The position numbers and the translations under genes were made by a program. The notes beneath the pieces were generated by a model. It was not told the origin of the DNA. It did no database searches and saw only the letters and a list, made by a program, of their open reading frames with translations. Shown here piece after piece: positions 39,563-49,512 of a stretch of DNA of 64,000 bases. Position 1 is the first letter of the stretch, and each line of letters opens with the position of its first letter. This stretch comes from a virus. Taxonomy: Duplodnaviria; Caudoviricetes. The stretch lies in the IMG/VR virus record IMGVR_UViG_3300032303_002590; one strand, 5' to 3'.

Positions 39563-40738
39563 ATGTCCATGAATATTATTTCAAAATACATAAAAAAAGT
39601 TATATACCCTCTACTAATACTAGGGGGTATTTTATTGTCTAACGCACAAACTTTTACGTATTCAGGAAATATTTATGGCTCAAATGCAACAGGAATATCA
39701 GGAATACCAGTTTCTTTATATAAAAGAACAACTACATCAACTTCAAATACAAATACCACTGTAAGAATATTTAGAACTCATAACAGTAATGGAAGTACAA
39801 ATCAGTATGCTCAATGGCCAATGTCTAGAGTTGAAATGGATAAGTTATTTAATACAGCATATTCAAATACAACTTTATGGTGGACAGGTACAGTAGGGGC
39901 AGCATACTCATTAAATTTTAATTCCTATGGAACATTAGTAGCAGGAGGAGCATCAGTACCTAACGGAGGAGATTACTACTCGGCAGAAGTTACATTTGTA
40001 TTTACACCAAAAGAAACAGGAACTTATTCATTTGGATTAACCTCAGATGATGGTGGAGATTTATGGCTAATGGGAGTTGGAAGTATAATTGAATGGTATG
40101 GAGGAAAAGGAACAGGAGAATATAGGTATGGAAATGCTACTTTAATAGCTGGTACAGCTTATACTTTTATTGCTAGAATGCAAGAATTTCAAGGAGGTGA
40201 TGGATTACTTGTATATTGGAAAAGACCTTCACAAGGCGGATATTCATTACAAACAGATGAAGTAGGAGGCACAACTACTACAACATCAGCTTGGGTACTA
40301 CAAGCAACATCAACTACATCATCATTAGGAGCTTACTCATTTTCAACACCTTCAGGAACAGGAGTTGAATTTTATATTACATTTACACCACCAGCACTAC
40401 CAACTCCAACACTTTTAGATGGAACAACTTGTAATAATATTGCAATGGGAAATACACCTTTCAAAGCAATTGACTATTATAGATTTGATGTAAATGGAGA
40501 TAATAGGTTTACAGTTTCAGACACATATAGTATAATGGCTAAGAAATCAGGTCTACTTTCTACTTTTACTCCAACACCTGTTAGTAGAATTTTTACAACA
40601 ACAGATTGGTCAGTTATCAACCCATCAACAGCAAATTTAAAGGTAACATATCCCGGAGTTCAAACTATAACGATTAACACACCAACATCAGGAGGAAGTT
40701 CAAACTATTATATTTCTAGATTAGGGAACACTAATTAA
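39563..40738 (+). CDS. Secreted PA14-domain plus dockerin-like protein
   Basis: Signal peptide ending SNA-Q; PA14 motif GTYSFGLTSDDG...EFQGG; dockerin-like DVNGDNRFTVSD. Confidence 0.7.
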   Translation: MSMNIISKYIKKVIYPLLILGGILLSNAQTFTYSGNIYGSNATGISGIPVSLYKRTTTSTSNTNTTVRIFRTHNSNGSTNQYAQWPMSRVEMDKLFNTAYSNTTLWWTGTVGAAYSLNFNSYGTLVAGGASVPNGGDYYSAEVTFVFTPKETGTYSFGLTSDDGGDLWLMGVGSIIEWYGGKGTGEYRYGNATLIAGTAYTFIARMQEFQGGDGLLVYWKRPSQGGYSLQTDEVGGTTTTTSAWVLQATSTTSSLGAYSFSTPSGTGVEFYITFTPPALPTPTLLDGTTCNNIAMGNTPFKAIDYYRFDVNGDNRFTVSDTYSIMAKKSGLLSTFTPTPVSRIFTTTDWSVINPSTANLKVTYPGVQTITINTPTSGGSSNYYISRLGNTN

Positions 40739-40809
40739 CAAATATTTATTCAAGATAATGTGCTAGAGCACCTAGGTTATATTAACAAATAAAACTTAAA
40801 AACAAAAAA

Positions 40810-41901
40810 ATGAAAAAAATTATTTTAGTTTTAAGTATGTTTTTAGTAGTGATCACGGGCTTTGCACAACAAGTTGCACCTGATAACACTAAACCATACT
40901 TAGTATTCGACGCAAGTTACAACTTAGCTCCTGTAGCATCAGGAACAAACACACAAGTTGCAATTTATTACAGTAATCTTAACGCAACAGCTATCAAAGC
41001 CGTTCAATATAGATTCTGGTATGACAAAACCGTTTTTGACGCTCCAACAGTAACTTATACTGGAGCTGAAACAAACAACGTATTCAATTCAAAAGTAAAT
41101 ACTACAGAAGGTAACGTAACAGTTACTTGGGTTTACACAGGATCAAATGCTACTTTTAATATTGCAAATGGAGCAATGTTTAACGTATCTTTACCATTTA
41201 AAGCAACTTATACAAATGGTGCAGTAACAGATATGTTATTTACAGGAGCAACAGCATTTTCTTCTTATGGTACTCTTGCAACAGGAACTGATACAGCATT
41301 AGGATTACAAAACTACGGTGGTCACTTTACAGAACCAGTATTCAACTACGCAGCTACATTCTTAAACAACCCAACAAACCCAGCTTCAGATATTCCAGTT
41401 GTATTACAAAAATCTTCAAACGGTACAGTTTGGACAGATGTAATGACAGTTCCAACTCTAACAACAGGAGTAGCATCATTCTCAACTCACTTAGATCAAA
41501 ACTACTGGCAAATCAGAGTAAAAGTAGCTCCAGGTTTAACAGCACCAGATGCTATTGCCGCAGCAGATGCAGATATGATTGCTCAAATTGCTACAGGATT
41601 ACAAACCCCAACTGGAACTCAATTCTATACTGCTAACCCTAACCAAGCAAATGGAATTACAATTTCAGATTCATATACAGTATTTTCTAGATTAGCACAA
41701 GGATTAACAACCTATCCAGGTAACCCTGATATCTTATTCTTTACAGAAGCTCAATACAATACTATTGTAGCAGCTACAACAGATTTATCAGCTACTATTC
41801 CAGGAGTTTCAACATTCCTTTCAGCTAATATCAACAATACTACAGCAGCAAACTATTACCTGTTAGTATTAGGAGACGCTAACGGAACAGGGCATAACTA
41901 A
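40810..41901 (+). CDS. Secreted cohesin-like plus degenerate dockerin-like protein
   Basis: Signal peptide ending GFA-Q; IKAVQYRFWYDKTVF cohesin-like strand; ANPNQANGITISD and GDANG. Confidence 0.55.
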   Translation: MKKIILVLSMFLVVITGFAQQVAPDNTKPYLVFDASYNLAPVASGTNTQVAIYYSNLNATAIKAVQYRFWYDKTVFDAPTVTYTGAETNNVFNSKVNTTEGNVTVTWVYTGSNATFNIANGAMFNVSLPFKATYTNGAVTDMLFTGATAFSSYGTLATGTDTALGLQNYGGHFTEPVFNYAATFLNNPTNPASDIPVVLQKSSNGTVWTDVMTVPTLTTGVASFSTHLDQNYWQIRVKVAPGLTAPDAIAAADADMIAQIATGLQTPTGTQFYTANPNQANGITISDSYTVFSRLAQGLTTYPGNPDILFFTEAQYNTIVAATTDLSATIPGVSTFLSANINNTTAANYYLLVLGDANGTGHN

Positions 41902-41902
41902 T

Positions 41903-42634
41903 ATGGTACGCTATATAATCATAGCGTTACTAACAATAAATTCACTATATTCTCAGGTACAATTTCAAGTACCTGGGATTACAGTGACTCCTACTGGTAT
42001 AATAGATTTACCAATAACAATTCAAACAAATGGAAATACAGTAGGGAGCTTAGAATTTGCTTTAAATTACGATCAAACAATTTTACAATTCTCAGAAATA
42101 GTATTATCTGAAAAAACACAAACTTGGTTGACGTATGTAATGGATACAGGAATTGGAAAAGTAAGATGGGGTGGTTATGATAAATCACATGGTCAACACT
42201 CTGTTAATACCCCAACTGAACTATTCATATTAAAATTTACTATAATAGATCCAAACTGGATAACAACTCCTATTACAATTGGGAGAAAAACAGCAGGAGA
42301 TGTTCAAGGATGGGATATAGCAGTAACTAATACAGATGGATATATAAATTACAATAAAACAGGCATTCCTCTGGACGAAACTAAAATACAAGGGATTATA
42401 CACCCTAACCCAACAGATGGATTAGTAACCGTAGATTTAGTACTACCTGTAAGTGATTATTACAAAATAACAATTCTTAACATAAACGGATCTGAATTAA
42501 GAAGAAGAGTAGAACAATATATTAAAGGAGCAAACGTACTAGAAGAAGATTTAACTCCTTACCCAAGTGGTACCTATTTATTAAATATAACAACAAGGGA
42601 TTTTACCCAAACATTTAAAATTATAAAAAAATAA
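41903..42634 (+). CDS. Cohesin-domain protein with T9SS type A C-terminal sorting domain
   Basis: Signal ending LYS-Q; VGSLEFALNYDQTILQF, LFILKF; CTD IHPNPTDG...YPSGTYLLNI...TFKIIKK. Confidence 0.75.
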   Translation: MVRYIIIALLTINSLYSQVQFQVPGITVTPTGIIDLPITIQTNGNTVGSLEFALNYDQTILQFSEIVLSEKTQTWLTYVMDTGIGKVRWGGYDKSHGQHSVNTPTELFILKFTIIDPNWITTPITIGRKTAGDVQGWDIAVTNTDGYINYNKTGIPLDETKIQGIIHPNPTDGLVTVDLVLPVSDYYKITILNINGSELRRRVEQYIKGANVLEEDLTPYPSGTYLLNITTRDFTQTFKIIKK

Positions 42635-42637
42635 GCT

Positions 42638-42958
42638 ATGTCAGAAGAAACAAACAACGAAGGAGGATTATCAGGATTGAAAAAAACTCTAATTGGAACT
42701 CTAGGAACTATTGTAACAGCAGGAGGAGTATGGTTAACAACTCACTTAGGTGGTGGTGAAACAGAACACAAAGAAGAAGTAAAAACAGAAACAGCAGCTC
42801 CCGCAGCAGCAGCACCTGTTGTTATTAACTTATCTAACAACAACACCAACCAACAAAAACAACAATCAAACAATTCCAATTCAGCTAAAGCAGCACCTGC
42901 GCAACAAGCAGCACCTGCTCCTGCACCACAAGCACCAGCTCAAAAAGAATCATGGTAA
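42638..42958 (+). CDS. Single-TM protein with low-complexity Ala/Pro/Gln/Asn tail
   Basis: LIGTLGTIVTAGGVWL TM segment; PVVINLSNNNTNQQ. Confidence 0.6.
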   Translation: MSEETNNEGGLSGLKKTLIGTLGTIVTAGGVWLTTHLGGGETEHKEEVKTETAAPAAAAPVVINLSNNNTNQQKQQSNNSNSAKAAPAQQAAPAPAPQAPAQKESW

Positions 42959-43671
42959 AAAAAGTATTATATATAATATTTTTAATCTTTAGTGCAATAG
43001 GTGCTTTAAATGCTCAAAAGATAGGGTCTGTAAAAACAGAGACCTTTCAAGCAGATTTTGAAAAGAAGCAATCATTAGAGGTTGTTTCCGATTATAACGG
43101 AAACATTATCATCCCTATTCAGATACTAAAGATTGGTATCAACGAAGAACTATATGAAATGTACCCTGAACTAAAAGATAAAAGAGTTGGTTTAGGGGTA
43201 TCAAATATAGTATTAGAGTATTTAGAATCTACAAACAGATTTAAGTTTACAGAAGACAAAGAAGAAATAAAACAAAAAATGATTGCCCAGCATATAGCTT
43301 CTGCTAAGGGTATATCAGAAAATAAAATAGAAGTTAAAGGAAATGTTATATTAGCAAGATATTTTGTTTATATAGAGGTTTATGATTTTAGCATAGGTGA
43401 AGATGAAGAGGTTTCAACTTCAGGAGCTGAAATAAAACAAAAAACAATACTAGGGTTACAAGTAAGATTTGTGGATGCACAAAGCGGTGAAATAATCACA
43501 GGGTCAGGATCCGGTGAAGCAGTTACAGTGAAGAAGGCAAGCTTACTAGACGGACTAGACGATATAAAATTCAATCAATCAACAATCGGTATATCCACTA
43601 AAAAGTCATTAGAAACTGCCTCTTCAAGAGTCGTAAGTAAAATGATTAAAAAGGGGATATTTCCAAACTAA
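42952..43671 (+). CDS. CsgG/HfaB-like protein
   Basis: Signal ending LNA-Q; L.STNRFKFTE, A.YFVY.EVYDF, VRFVDAQSGEII.GSG pattern. Confidence 0.6.
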   Translation: MVKKVLYIIFLIFSAIGALNAQKIGSVKTETFQADFEKKQSLEVVSDYNGNIIIPIQILKIGINEELYEMYPELKDKRVGLGVSNIVLEYLESTNRFKFTEDKEEIKQKMIAQHIASAKGISENKIEVKGNVILARYFVYIEVYDFSIGEDEEVSTSGAEIKQKTILGLQVRFVDAQSGEIITGSGSGEAVTVKKASLLDGLDDIKFNQSTIGISTKKSLETASSRVVSKMIKKGIFPN

Positions 43672-45218
43672 TGATAAAATGGATTACTATATTTTTATAC
43701 TTTTCATTCCTGCAGGTTTCTGCACAGTACAGCTATACCTATACCGATCCATGTACACTTCAATCCAAAAGTGTATTCGTACCTGCTGGAGGTGGTGTAG
43801 TAGTAAACTACTTCGATAATCATAATATATTTACATCTAATGATTTTTCATCAGGAGCATTTGATAGTTGGATAGCTCAAGTATCTCAACAAAATTCTAA
43901 TACACCATGCCAATCAGTTACCACAGCCATAGTAAATACTGTGAGCACAGCTGTGGTTTCAAATACTGTTAGTATAGTAACAAATGTAGTTTCAATTTCA
44001 TCATTAGCCCAAACAATGGCTTCTGTTATGACCTCAGCTACGGGAGGTTCTCTAACCTCAACAGCAGAAAGTATCTCTAATTCAAATACTGGAGGTAGTT
44101 CTGATAGTACTAACCAAGATAATTCAAATGAATCAACAGCAGGAAATAACACAGGAGGAAGTTCATCAAATGATAACTCAAATAAAACAAACCAACAAAG
44201 TAAAGGAAATTCGAATACTATTCAAGGATCTGGAACAAATACTAATAACCAAGGAGGAACAGCATCAGGAGGAAATACTCAGACTCAAGGAAGCACATCA
44301 AGTGGAACTAACACAACTCAAGGAGGAGAACAAGAGGCTGGCTCATCTGTAGGAGGATCAGGTAATACAGCTAATTCAGTTTCTAATTCAGTAGACGGAG
44401 GATCCTCAGACGGAAGTAGTACTAATTCTTCAAATGAAACTCCAGAAGTAAAAGAAAGCAAATCTGGTGGAGGAAGCAATTTAGCAAACTCTTTATCAAA
44501 TGCAGTAGACGGAGGAGGAAGTAGTAGTGGAGGAAGTTCTTCAAGTGGAGGTAGTAGTTCTAAAAAAGAATCATCAGCAAAAGCTTCTACAGGTTCTTTA
44601 ATTGCATCCGGAGATATGGTTGTAATTGCAAATGCAGATAGAGAACAACCTAACCAATACAAATTTGTAGGAAGTATAACTCATGCTAATACTAGAGGAA
44701 CTAGAATTAAAGGAGTACTTTTTAATTATACAACTCAAGTAAATAACTTTAATGTAACTTTTTATAAATCATATGTTAATAAATCTAAAAAGCTAAATAC
44801 AGTTGTAGCAAATTCAACTATGATGAATACAGCTAAAGATATTTTCAATACAACAACATTATTAGAATCCTATAAAGCTACTAAAAAGATAACAGGAATG
44901 TTTGGTTTAAACCTTACAGGAGGACAATTAGGAGAAAGAAAATTTTATAATATATCAGCTGTAGTAGGAGGACATGCACCAATTCAAGTAAACAAAAGAG
45001 TATCTACAAGTATTTTAGTACTAGGAATTTATTCTCCATTTACTCAATTTTATGAAGGGAAATGGTGGAGCGCTGGAGTACTAGTTGTACCATTCAATTC
45101 ATGGGATCTTAAACTTACAAAGACGTTTAAATTTAATATTTCAGCAACAGCAGTTTATAGTTACGGACAATCGTTTTTAAATTATCAGGTTTTGACAGGA
45201 GGCAAAATAAATTTTTAA
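43671..45218 (+). CDS. Secreted protein: Cys-containing N-domain, Ser/Gly/Asn-rich linker, C-terminal beta-barrel-like domain
   Basis: Signal ending VSA-Q; long low-complexity linker; amphipathic strands ending in terminal Phe (GGKINF). Confidence 0.55.
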   Translation: MIKWITIFLYFSFLQVSAQYSYTYTDPCTLQSKSVFVPAGGGVVVNYFDNHNIFTSNDFSSGAFDSWIAQVSQQNSNTPCQSVTTAIVNTVSTAVVSNTVSIVTNVVSISSLAQTMASVMTSATGGSLTSTAESISNSNTGGSSDSTNQDNSNESTAGNNTGGSSSNDNSNKTNQQSKGNSNTIQGSGTNTNNQGGTASGGNTQTQGSTSSGTNTTQGGEQEAGSSVGGSGNTANSVSNSVDGGSSDGSSTNSSNETPEVKESKSGGGSNLANSLSNAVDGGGSSSGGSSSSGGSSSKKESSAKASTGSLIASGDMVVIANADREQPNQYKFVGSITHANTRGTRIKGVLFNYTTQVNNFNVTFYKSYVNKSKKLNTVVANSTMMNTAKDIFNTTTLLESYKATKKITGMFGLNLTGGQLGERKFYNISAVVGGHAPIQVNKRVSTSILVLGIYSPFTQFYEGKWWSAGVLVVPFNSWDLKLTKTFKFNISATAVYSYGQSFLNYQVLTGGKINF

Positions 45219-45222
45219 AACT

Positions 45223-45678
45223 ATGAAAAAACTATTAATATTATTACCGTTACTATTTTTACTATCTTCAGATACAACACCACCTTGTTATAAAGTATCA
45301 AAAGTATCTACACAAGTGGAAGCACCTGAGATGAAAAAAGAAAGAGTTACATTTGGAATTAAACAAATGGCTGAAGAAATGTTATCTGAAAAAGTAAACA
45401 TCTGCCAAGATGGAGAACCAATCGAAGTAGAGGTTATGTCTGTTGAGGCACCAACCAATAGTACTTCTTTAGGACCTTGGGCTAAAACTAAAAAGATAAC
45501 AATTGTAAAACTTAGATTACTTGTAGGAAAAGAAGAATACTGGGGTCAAGGTGAAGCAAATGTTACAGTTCAATCTACATTTTTAGATTTGAATGACGAT
45601 AACCTACCATTTAATAAAACAGCATTTTCAGGAGCAATTAAAAAAGCTTTACAAGAAGCGATAGAAGAAATGAAATAG
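45223..45678 (+). CDS. Secreted protein
   Basis: Signal peptide; FNKTAFSGAIKKAL echoes FNQSTIGISTKKSL of the CsgG-like gene. Confidence 0.55.
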   Translation: MKKLLILLPLLFLLSSDTTPPCYKVSKVSTQVEAPEMKKERVTFGIKQMAEEMLSEKVNICQDGEPIEVEVMSVEAPTNSTSLGPWAKTKKITIVKLRLLVGKEEYWGQGEANVTVQSTFLDLNDDNLPFNKTAFSGAIKKALQEAIEEMK

Positions 45679-45714
45679 ACTTGGTTTTCCAAGTCTTTTT
45701 TCTTATATTATATA
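45677..45714 (+). promoter_or_regulatory. Terminator hairpin overlapping a host-type promoter
   Basis: AGACTTGG-TTTT-CCAAGTCT followed by a T run; TTG 45681-N20-TATATTAT. Confidence 0.6.
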
Positions 45715-45726
45715 AAATTAATAGTT

Positions 45727-45879
45727 ATGATAGAAGTTATAAAACACACTTTAGGTATGTGTGGAGAAAATCATCCACATTTTTTAAATCTTTCTGCATT
45801 AGGGGTTGGAGTAGCAGGGTATTTTTCATATATTAAATTATATTTTAAAACAAAAATAAAGTTATGGACAAAAAATTAA
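45727..45879 (+). CDS. Small membrane protein (50 aa)
   Basis: MIEVIKHTLGMCGENHPH...; after the promoter, AGTTATG start context. Confidence 0.4.
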   Translation: MIEVIKHTLGMCGENHPHFLNLSALGVGVAGYFSYIKLYFKTKIKLWTKN

Positions 45880-46247
45880 CATTAAACTACGTAAAACATT
45901 CCCCAAGTTCGATCTTTACCAAAGAAGACGTAATCAAATTAATTGAAAATGTAGACGTAGAAGTAACAATTGAATTCTCACTTGAGGATTTAGATTTAAA
46001 TGAATTATTTATGGAAGAAAAAGTAGAAGAAAAAAAACCTTTTATGATGTCACTTTATGACTATTTAGGTAGAGCAGCAGGAAAAACATTAGGCGGAGAG
46101 GTATTTCGTACCGCAATGGCTTTAAAAGAAAATGTAGAAGAAAGAGCAATCTCTAATCCTGCTTATACTGGAAATGTTCATTTGTATAGAAGAGAATTCT
46201 TAGATGAATATTTTAACAAGAAAGTGTACGAAGGAGAGAAAAAATAA
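45864..46247 (+). CDS. Hypothetical protein
   Basis: SLYDYLGRAAG...YTGNVHLY. Confidence 0.55.
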   Translation: MDKKLTLNYVKHSPSSIFTKEDVIKLIENVDVEVTIEFSLEDLDLNELFMEEKVEEKKPFMMSLYDYLGRAAGKTLGGEVFRTAMALKENVEERAISNPAYTGNVHLYRREFLDEYFNKKVYEGEKK

Positions 46248-46298
46248 AAGCGTTTGCCTATACGTTTTAAATACCTGGCACAAATTAAATTATAAATT

Positions 46299-47141
46299 AT
46301 GTCTAAAAAACATGTTGTCCTTTCACTGAGTGGGGGATTAGATTCGAGTAGTCTTTTATTAAAATTATTAAAAGATGATTATGAAGTAACAGCTTTATCC
46401 TTTGATATTGGTCAAAAGCATAAAGTTGAATTAGAGAGAGCTAGTGAATTAGTAAACTTTCTAAATATAAAATTTCCTAATAAGCAAATCAAACATCAAA
46501 TCATTAAATTGGATGGGTTGTCTGAATTATTAGTTAGTGGTCTGATTAATAATGACTCAATGGAGTTAAAAACAGGACATTATGCTCATGAAAATGCCTT
46601 AACTACAGTTGTCCCTAACCGTAATTCTATCTTCGCTGCCATTGTGTATGCCGTAGCATTATCAGTAGTAAAAAGAACAGGAGAAACTTGTAAAATTGCC
46701 TTAGGAACCCACATGGGGGATTTTGATAATAAAACAAACTCAGGAATTTATCCAGATTGTTCAGAAGAGTTTAGAGTTGCATTAGAACACGCATTTAAAA
46801 TTGGAAATTGGGATAGTGATAAAGTAGATTATTATGCCCCTTATAATATTACAGATAAAACTGGGGTATTAGAAGATGGAGTAAATTCATGTAAACATTT
46901 CAATTTAGATTATAAAGAAGTTTATTCTAAAACTAATACTAGTTATGCTCCTATTCAAACTTCTACTGGATGGTTAAGTGATTATAAAAGTGGTTCTAGT
47001 ATAGAGAGAATAGAAAGTTTTATTAAACTAGGATTAGAAGATCCTTTACAGTATGCTGAAGAAGATGGTACTTTAGTATCTTGGGATTTTGTAAAATCTT
47101 ATGTTATTAAAATTTGTGAAGATTTTAAAAATAGATCATAA
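46299..47141 (+). CDS. queC: 7-cyano-7-deazaguanine synthase QueC
   Basis: SLSGGLDS, FDIGQKHKVE, VVPNRN, YPDCSEEF. Confidence 0.9.
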   Translation: MSKKHVVLSLSGGLDSSSLLLKLLKDDYEVTALSFDIGQKHKVELERASELVNFLNIKFPNKQIKHQIIKLDGLSELLVSGLINNDSMELKTGHYAHENALTTVVPNRNSIFAAIVYAVALSVVKRTGETCKIALGTHMGDFDNKTNSGIYPDCSEEFRVALEHAFKIGNWDSDKVDYYAPYNITDKTGVLEDGVNSCKHFNLDYKEVYSKTNTSYAPIQTSTGWLSDYKSGSSIERIESFIKLGLEDPLQYAEEDGTLVSWDFVKSYVIKICEDFKNRS

Positions 47142-47199
47142 TTTCTTTATTTTTGCAATATTTATAGGGGATAATAAATAATAATAAATTGTCCCCCTT

Positions 47200-47853
47200 A
47201 TGGAAAATAAAGATATAAACAAAACATTAAGGTTTTGTAAAAAATGTGATAGAGATTTACCTAAAACCCTAGAATATTTCCCTCATAGGAAAATTGATAA
47301 ATCAGGATTTGGCCTTTACTGTAAAGAATGTATAAACAGAGAAAAAAGAGAAAAAAGATCTGAAAAACGTAAATTATGGGATAAAGGAGGATCTATAGAA
47401 GGTGGTGAAGGAAGAAAATGTACTATTTGTAAAATTACTTATCCTGAAAATTTAGAATATTTCGGAGAACATAAAATGAACCCTAGTGGTTTAGATACTT
47501 ATTGTAAAATATGTCGAAGAGAAAGAGGAAGGTTAAATTATTCTAAAAATAAAGAAAAATGGAATAAAACCCACAATAAAACATCTTTAATCAAAAAAAA
47601 TAAAATAATAGATTATAAGAACAATAGTTGTGGGTGTGTTAAATGTAGTGAAAAAAGACATTATTTACTAGATTTTCACCATATTGACCCTACCACTAAG
47701 TTATTTCAAATTGCCCAAGGAGAATCTAAAGGTTGGGAAAAAGTATTAGAAGAAATAAAGAAATGTATTTTATTATGCTCTAACTGTCACAGAGAATTCC
47801 ATTATTTAGAAAAAACACAAAATATTAACATACAAGATTATTTAACATTATGA
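47200..47853 (+). CDS. HNH endonuclease-like protein
   Basis: Two CxxC zinc modules; LDFHHIDP...LLCSNCHREFH; late motif at 47158. Confidence 0.8.
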   Translation: MENKDINKTLRFCKKCDRDLPKTLEYFPHRKIDKSGFGLYCKECINREKREKRSEKRKLWDKGGSIEGGEGRKCTICKITYPENLEYFGEHKMNPSGLDTYCKICRRERGRLNYSKNKEKWNKTHNKTSLIKKNKIIDYKNNSCGCVKCSEKRHYLLDFHHIDPTTKLFQIAQGESKGWEKVLEEIKKCILLCSNCHREFHYLEKTQNINIQDYLTL

Positions 47854-48248
47854 ACGAAACAAGCAACAGCTGGTTGGGAACAACAGGAACAGCAGTAAAC
47901 ACAGTATACTCAGGAAATATTAATGGGTATTCAGGAACATCAATAACAACTGTGACAGATGGAGCAGGATTAACTCTATCAGGAAATTCAACAATTAACT
48001 ATCCAAACAATTTAGGTTTATCAACAGCAATAACAAATTCAAATAACATGAGCAAGCAAGTAAAAGTAGCTGTATTTACAGTAGAAAGAAATGACAAAAA
48101 TGAAGTAAAATCTTCTAAATTTGTAAAAGAATTTTGGGTAGAAGTTAAAAACGGAGGTTCAGTTGTATTAGCAGCAGCTAGACAACTAGACAGAGACTAC
48201 GATCCAGACACAACTGTAATCAGAGAAATACAAACAGTAACTTTCTAA
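47850..48248 (+). CDS. Hypothetical protein
   Basis: Thr/Ser/Asn-rich N-half and a globular C-half. Confidence 0.5.
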   Translation: MNETSNSWLGTTGTAVNTVYSGNINGYSGTSITTVTDGAGLTLSGNSTINYPNNLGLSTAITNSNNMSKQVKVAVFTVERNDKNEVKSSKFVKEFWVEVKNGGSVVLAAARQLDRDYDPDTTVIREIQTVTF

Positions 48249-48751
48249 TGAGAACTAAAGTAATTTCAGCATTTCCTGGAGTAGGAAAAACAACCTATCA
48301 TAAAAATAACCCAGACATCACTTTGGATTCCGATTCAAGTAAATTTAGTTGGGTTGTTAATGAGAATGGTGAAAAGGTAAGAAACCCTGAGTTTCCACAG
48401 AACTATATCACTCATATCAAAGAGAACATTGGAAAATACAAATACATCTTTGTTTCTTCACATAAAGAGGTGAGAGATGCTTTGTTAGACAACTGTCTAT
48501 ACTTTTACTTGGTTTATCCGGATGATAAAAGAAAAGAAGAGTTTATCCAAAGATATAAAGATAGAGGTAATGATGAGAACTTTATTAAATTAGTTGATTC
48601 TAAATGGGATGAATGGATGTCAGAATACTATTGGATGGATAGAGGTTGTGAAAAACTAACAGCATATGGTGGTTGGAATTTAGATACCGTATTGGAAGCT
48701 CAAGATAGAAGAGATGGTGGTGATAGTATAACTGAAGAAATAGAGGAATAA
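48248..48751 (+). CDS. P-loop kinase-like protein
   Basis: VISAFPGVGKT, DSDSS, FPQNY. Confidence 0.65.
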   Translation: MRTKVISAFPGVGKTTYHKNNPDITLDSDSSKFSWVVNENGEKVRNPEFPQNYITHIKENIGKYKYIFVSSHKEVRDALLDNCLYFYLVYPDDKRKEEFIQRYKDRGNDENFIKLVDSKWDEWMSEYYWMDRGCEKLTAYGGWNLDTVLEAQDRRDGGDSITEEIEE

Positions 48752-48752
48752 T

Positions 48753-49031
48753 ATGGGACAGTACAGAAAGAAACCAGTTGTAATTGAAGCAGTTCAAATA
48801 TCAGAACAAACTGAGTTTGAAATTAAAAAGTGGTCAGAAGGAAAAGTATATGCTTCTCCTGTATTAGAACCATCAGAAAATAACCCAAAAGGTTGCTATT
48901 GGCAAATCGATACACTGGAAGGAATCATGACAGCTATTCCAGGTGATTTCATTATCAAAGGAGTACAAGGAGAATTTTACCCATGCAAACCAGATATTTT
49001 TGAAAAAACTTACGAAAAAGTTGCAGAATAA
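48753..49031 (+). CDS. Phage protein of the YRKKPVVIEAVQ family
   Basis: YRKKPVVIEAVQ...TLEG.M....GDFIIKGVQGEFYPCKPDIFEKTY. Confidence 0.75.
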   Translation: MGQYRKKPVVIEAVQISEQTEFEIKKWSEGKVYASPVLEPSENNPKGCYWQIDTLEGIMTAIPGDFIIKGVQGEFYPCKPDIFEKTYEKVAE

Positions 49032-49079
49032 AAAAACAATTCGTATCTTTAAGTATTATTAATAACAAAAGAAAATAAA

Positions 49080-49250
49080 ATGAAAAAATTAGTTTTAGCA
49101 TTAGCCGTAATGGCTTTAGTAACAGTAAGTTGTAAACAAACAGAAACAACTACTACAACAGCAACAGATTCAACAGCAGTACAAGTTGATTCAGTACAGG
49201 TAGATTCTACAGCAGTAGACACTACACAAGCAGGCTTAGGCGCAGAGTAA
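49080..49250 (+). CDS. Small Bacteroidota-type lipoprotein (56 aa, not in the ORF track)
   Basis: MKKLVLALAVMALVTVS-C lipobox; DST/DSV repeats; own promoter TTG 49021-N20-TATCTTTA. Confidence 0.75.
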   Translation: MKKLVLALAVMALVTVSCKQTETTTTTATDSTAVQVDSVQVDSTAVDTTQAGLGAE

Positions 49251-49252
49251 AA

Positions 49253-49449
49253 CACACCCCAGTAGATAGGTCCGCCAAGAAAGTCTTTAAACAACGTGGG
49301 AACTGCGGCTCTCCCAATGTGGCTGGAATGTTTTATAAAATAAAAACTAATGGGAAGTAGCATTGATAGTATGCATCTTTTAAAGAGTTGTCCCCTAGTG
49401 GGAGTGTACGGACAAAAAGTCAACATCCAGGGAAATCGTTATTGGGTGT
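49253..49449 (+). ncRNA. Putative structured ncRNA (about 200 nt)
   Basis: GC-richer non-coding segment closed by ACACCC..AGTA / TATTGGGTGT; internal hairpins. Confidence 0.4.
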
Positions 49450-49512
49450 CACACGTAGGTGGTAACGAACCTCGTATCTTGGTGTAACAACACACCTTTA
49501 GTTTAAAATAAA

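Noticed and set aside
49049-49426. Minus-strand 125-aa ORF
   Set aside because: Shadow of the + strand lipoprotein and ncRNA.
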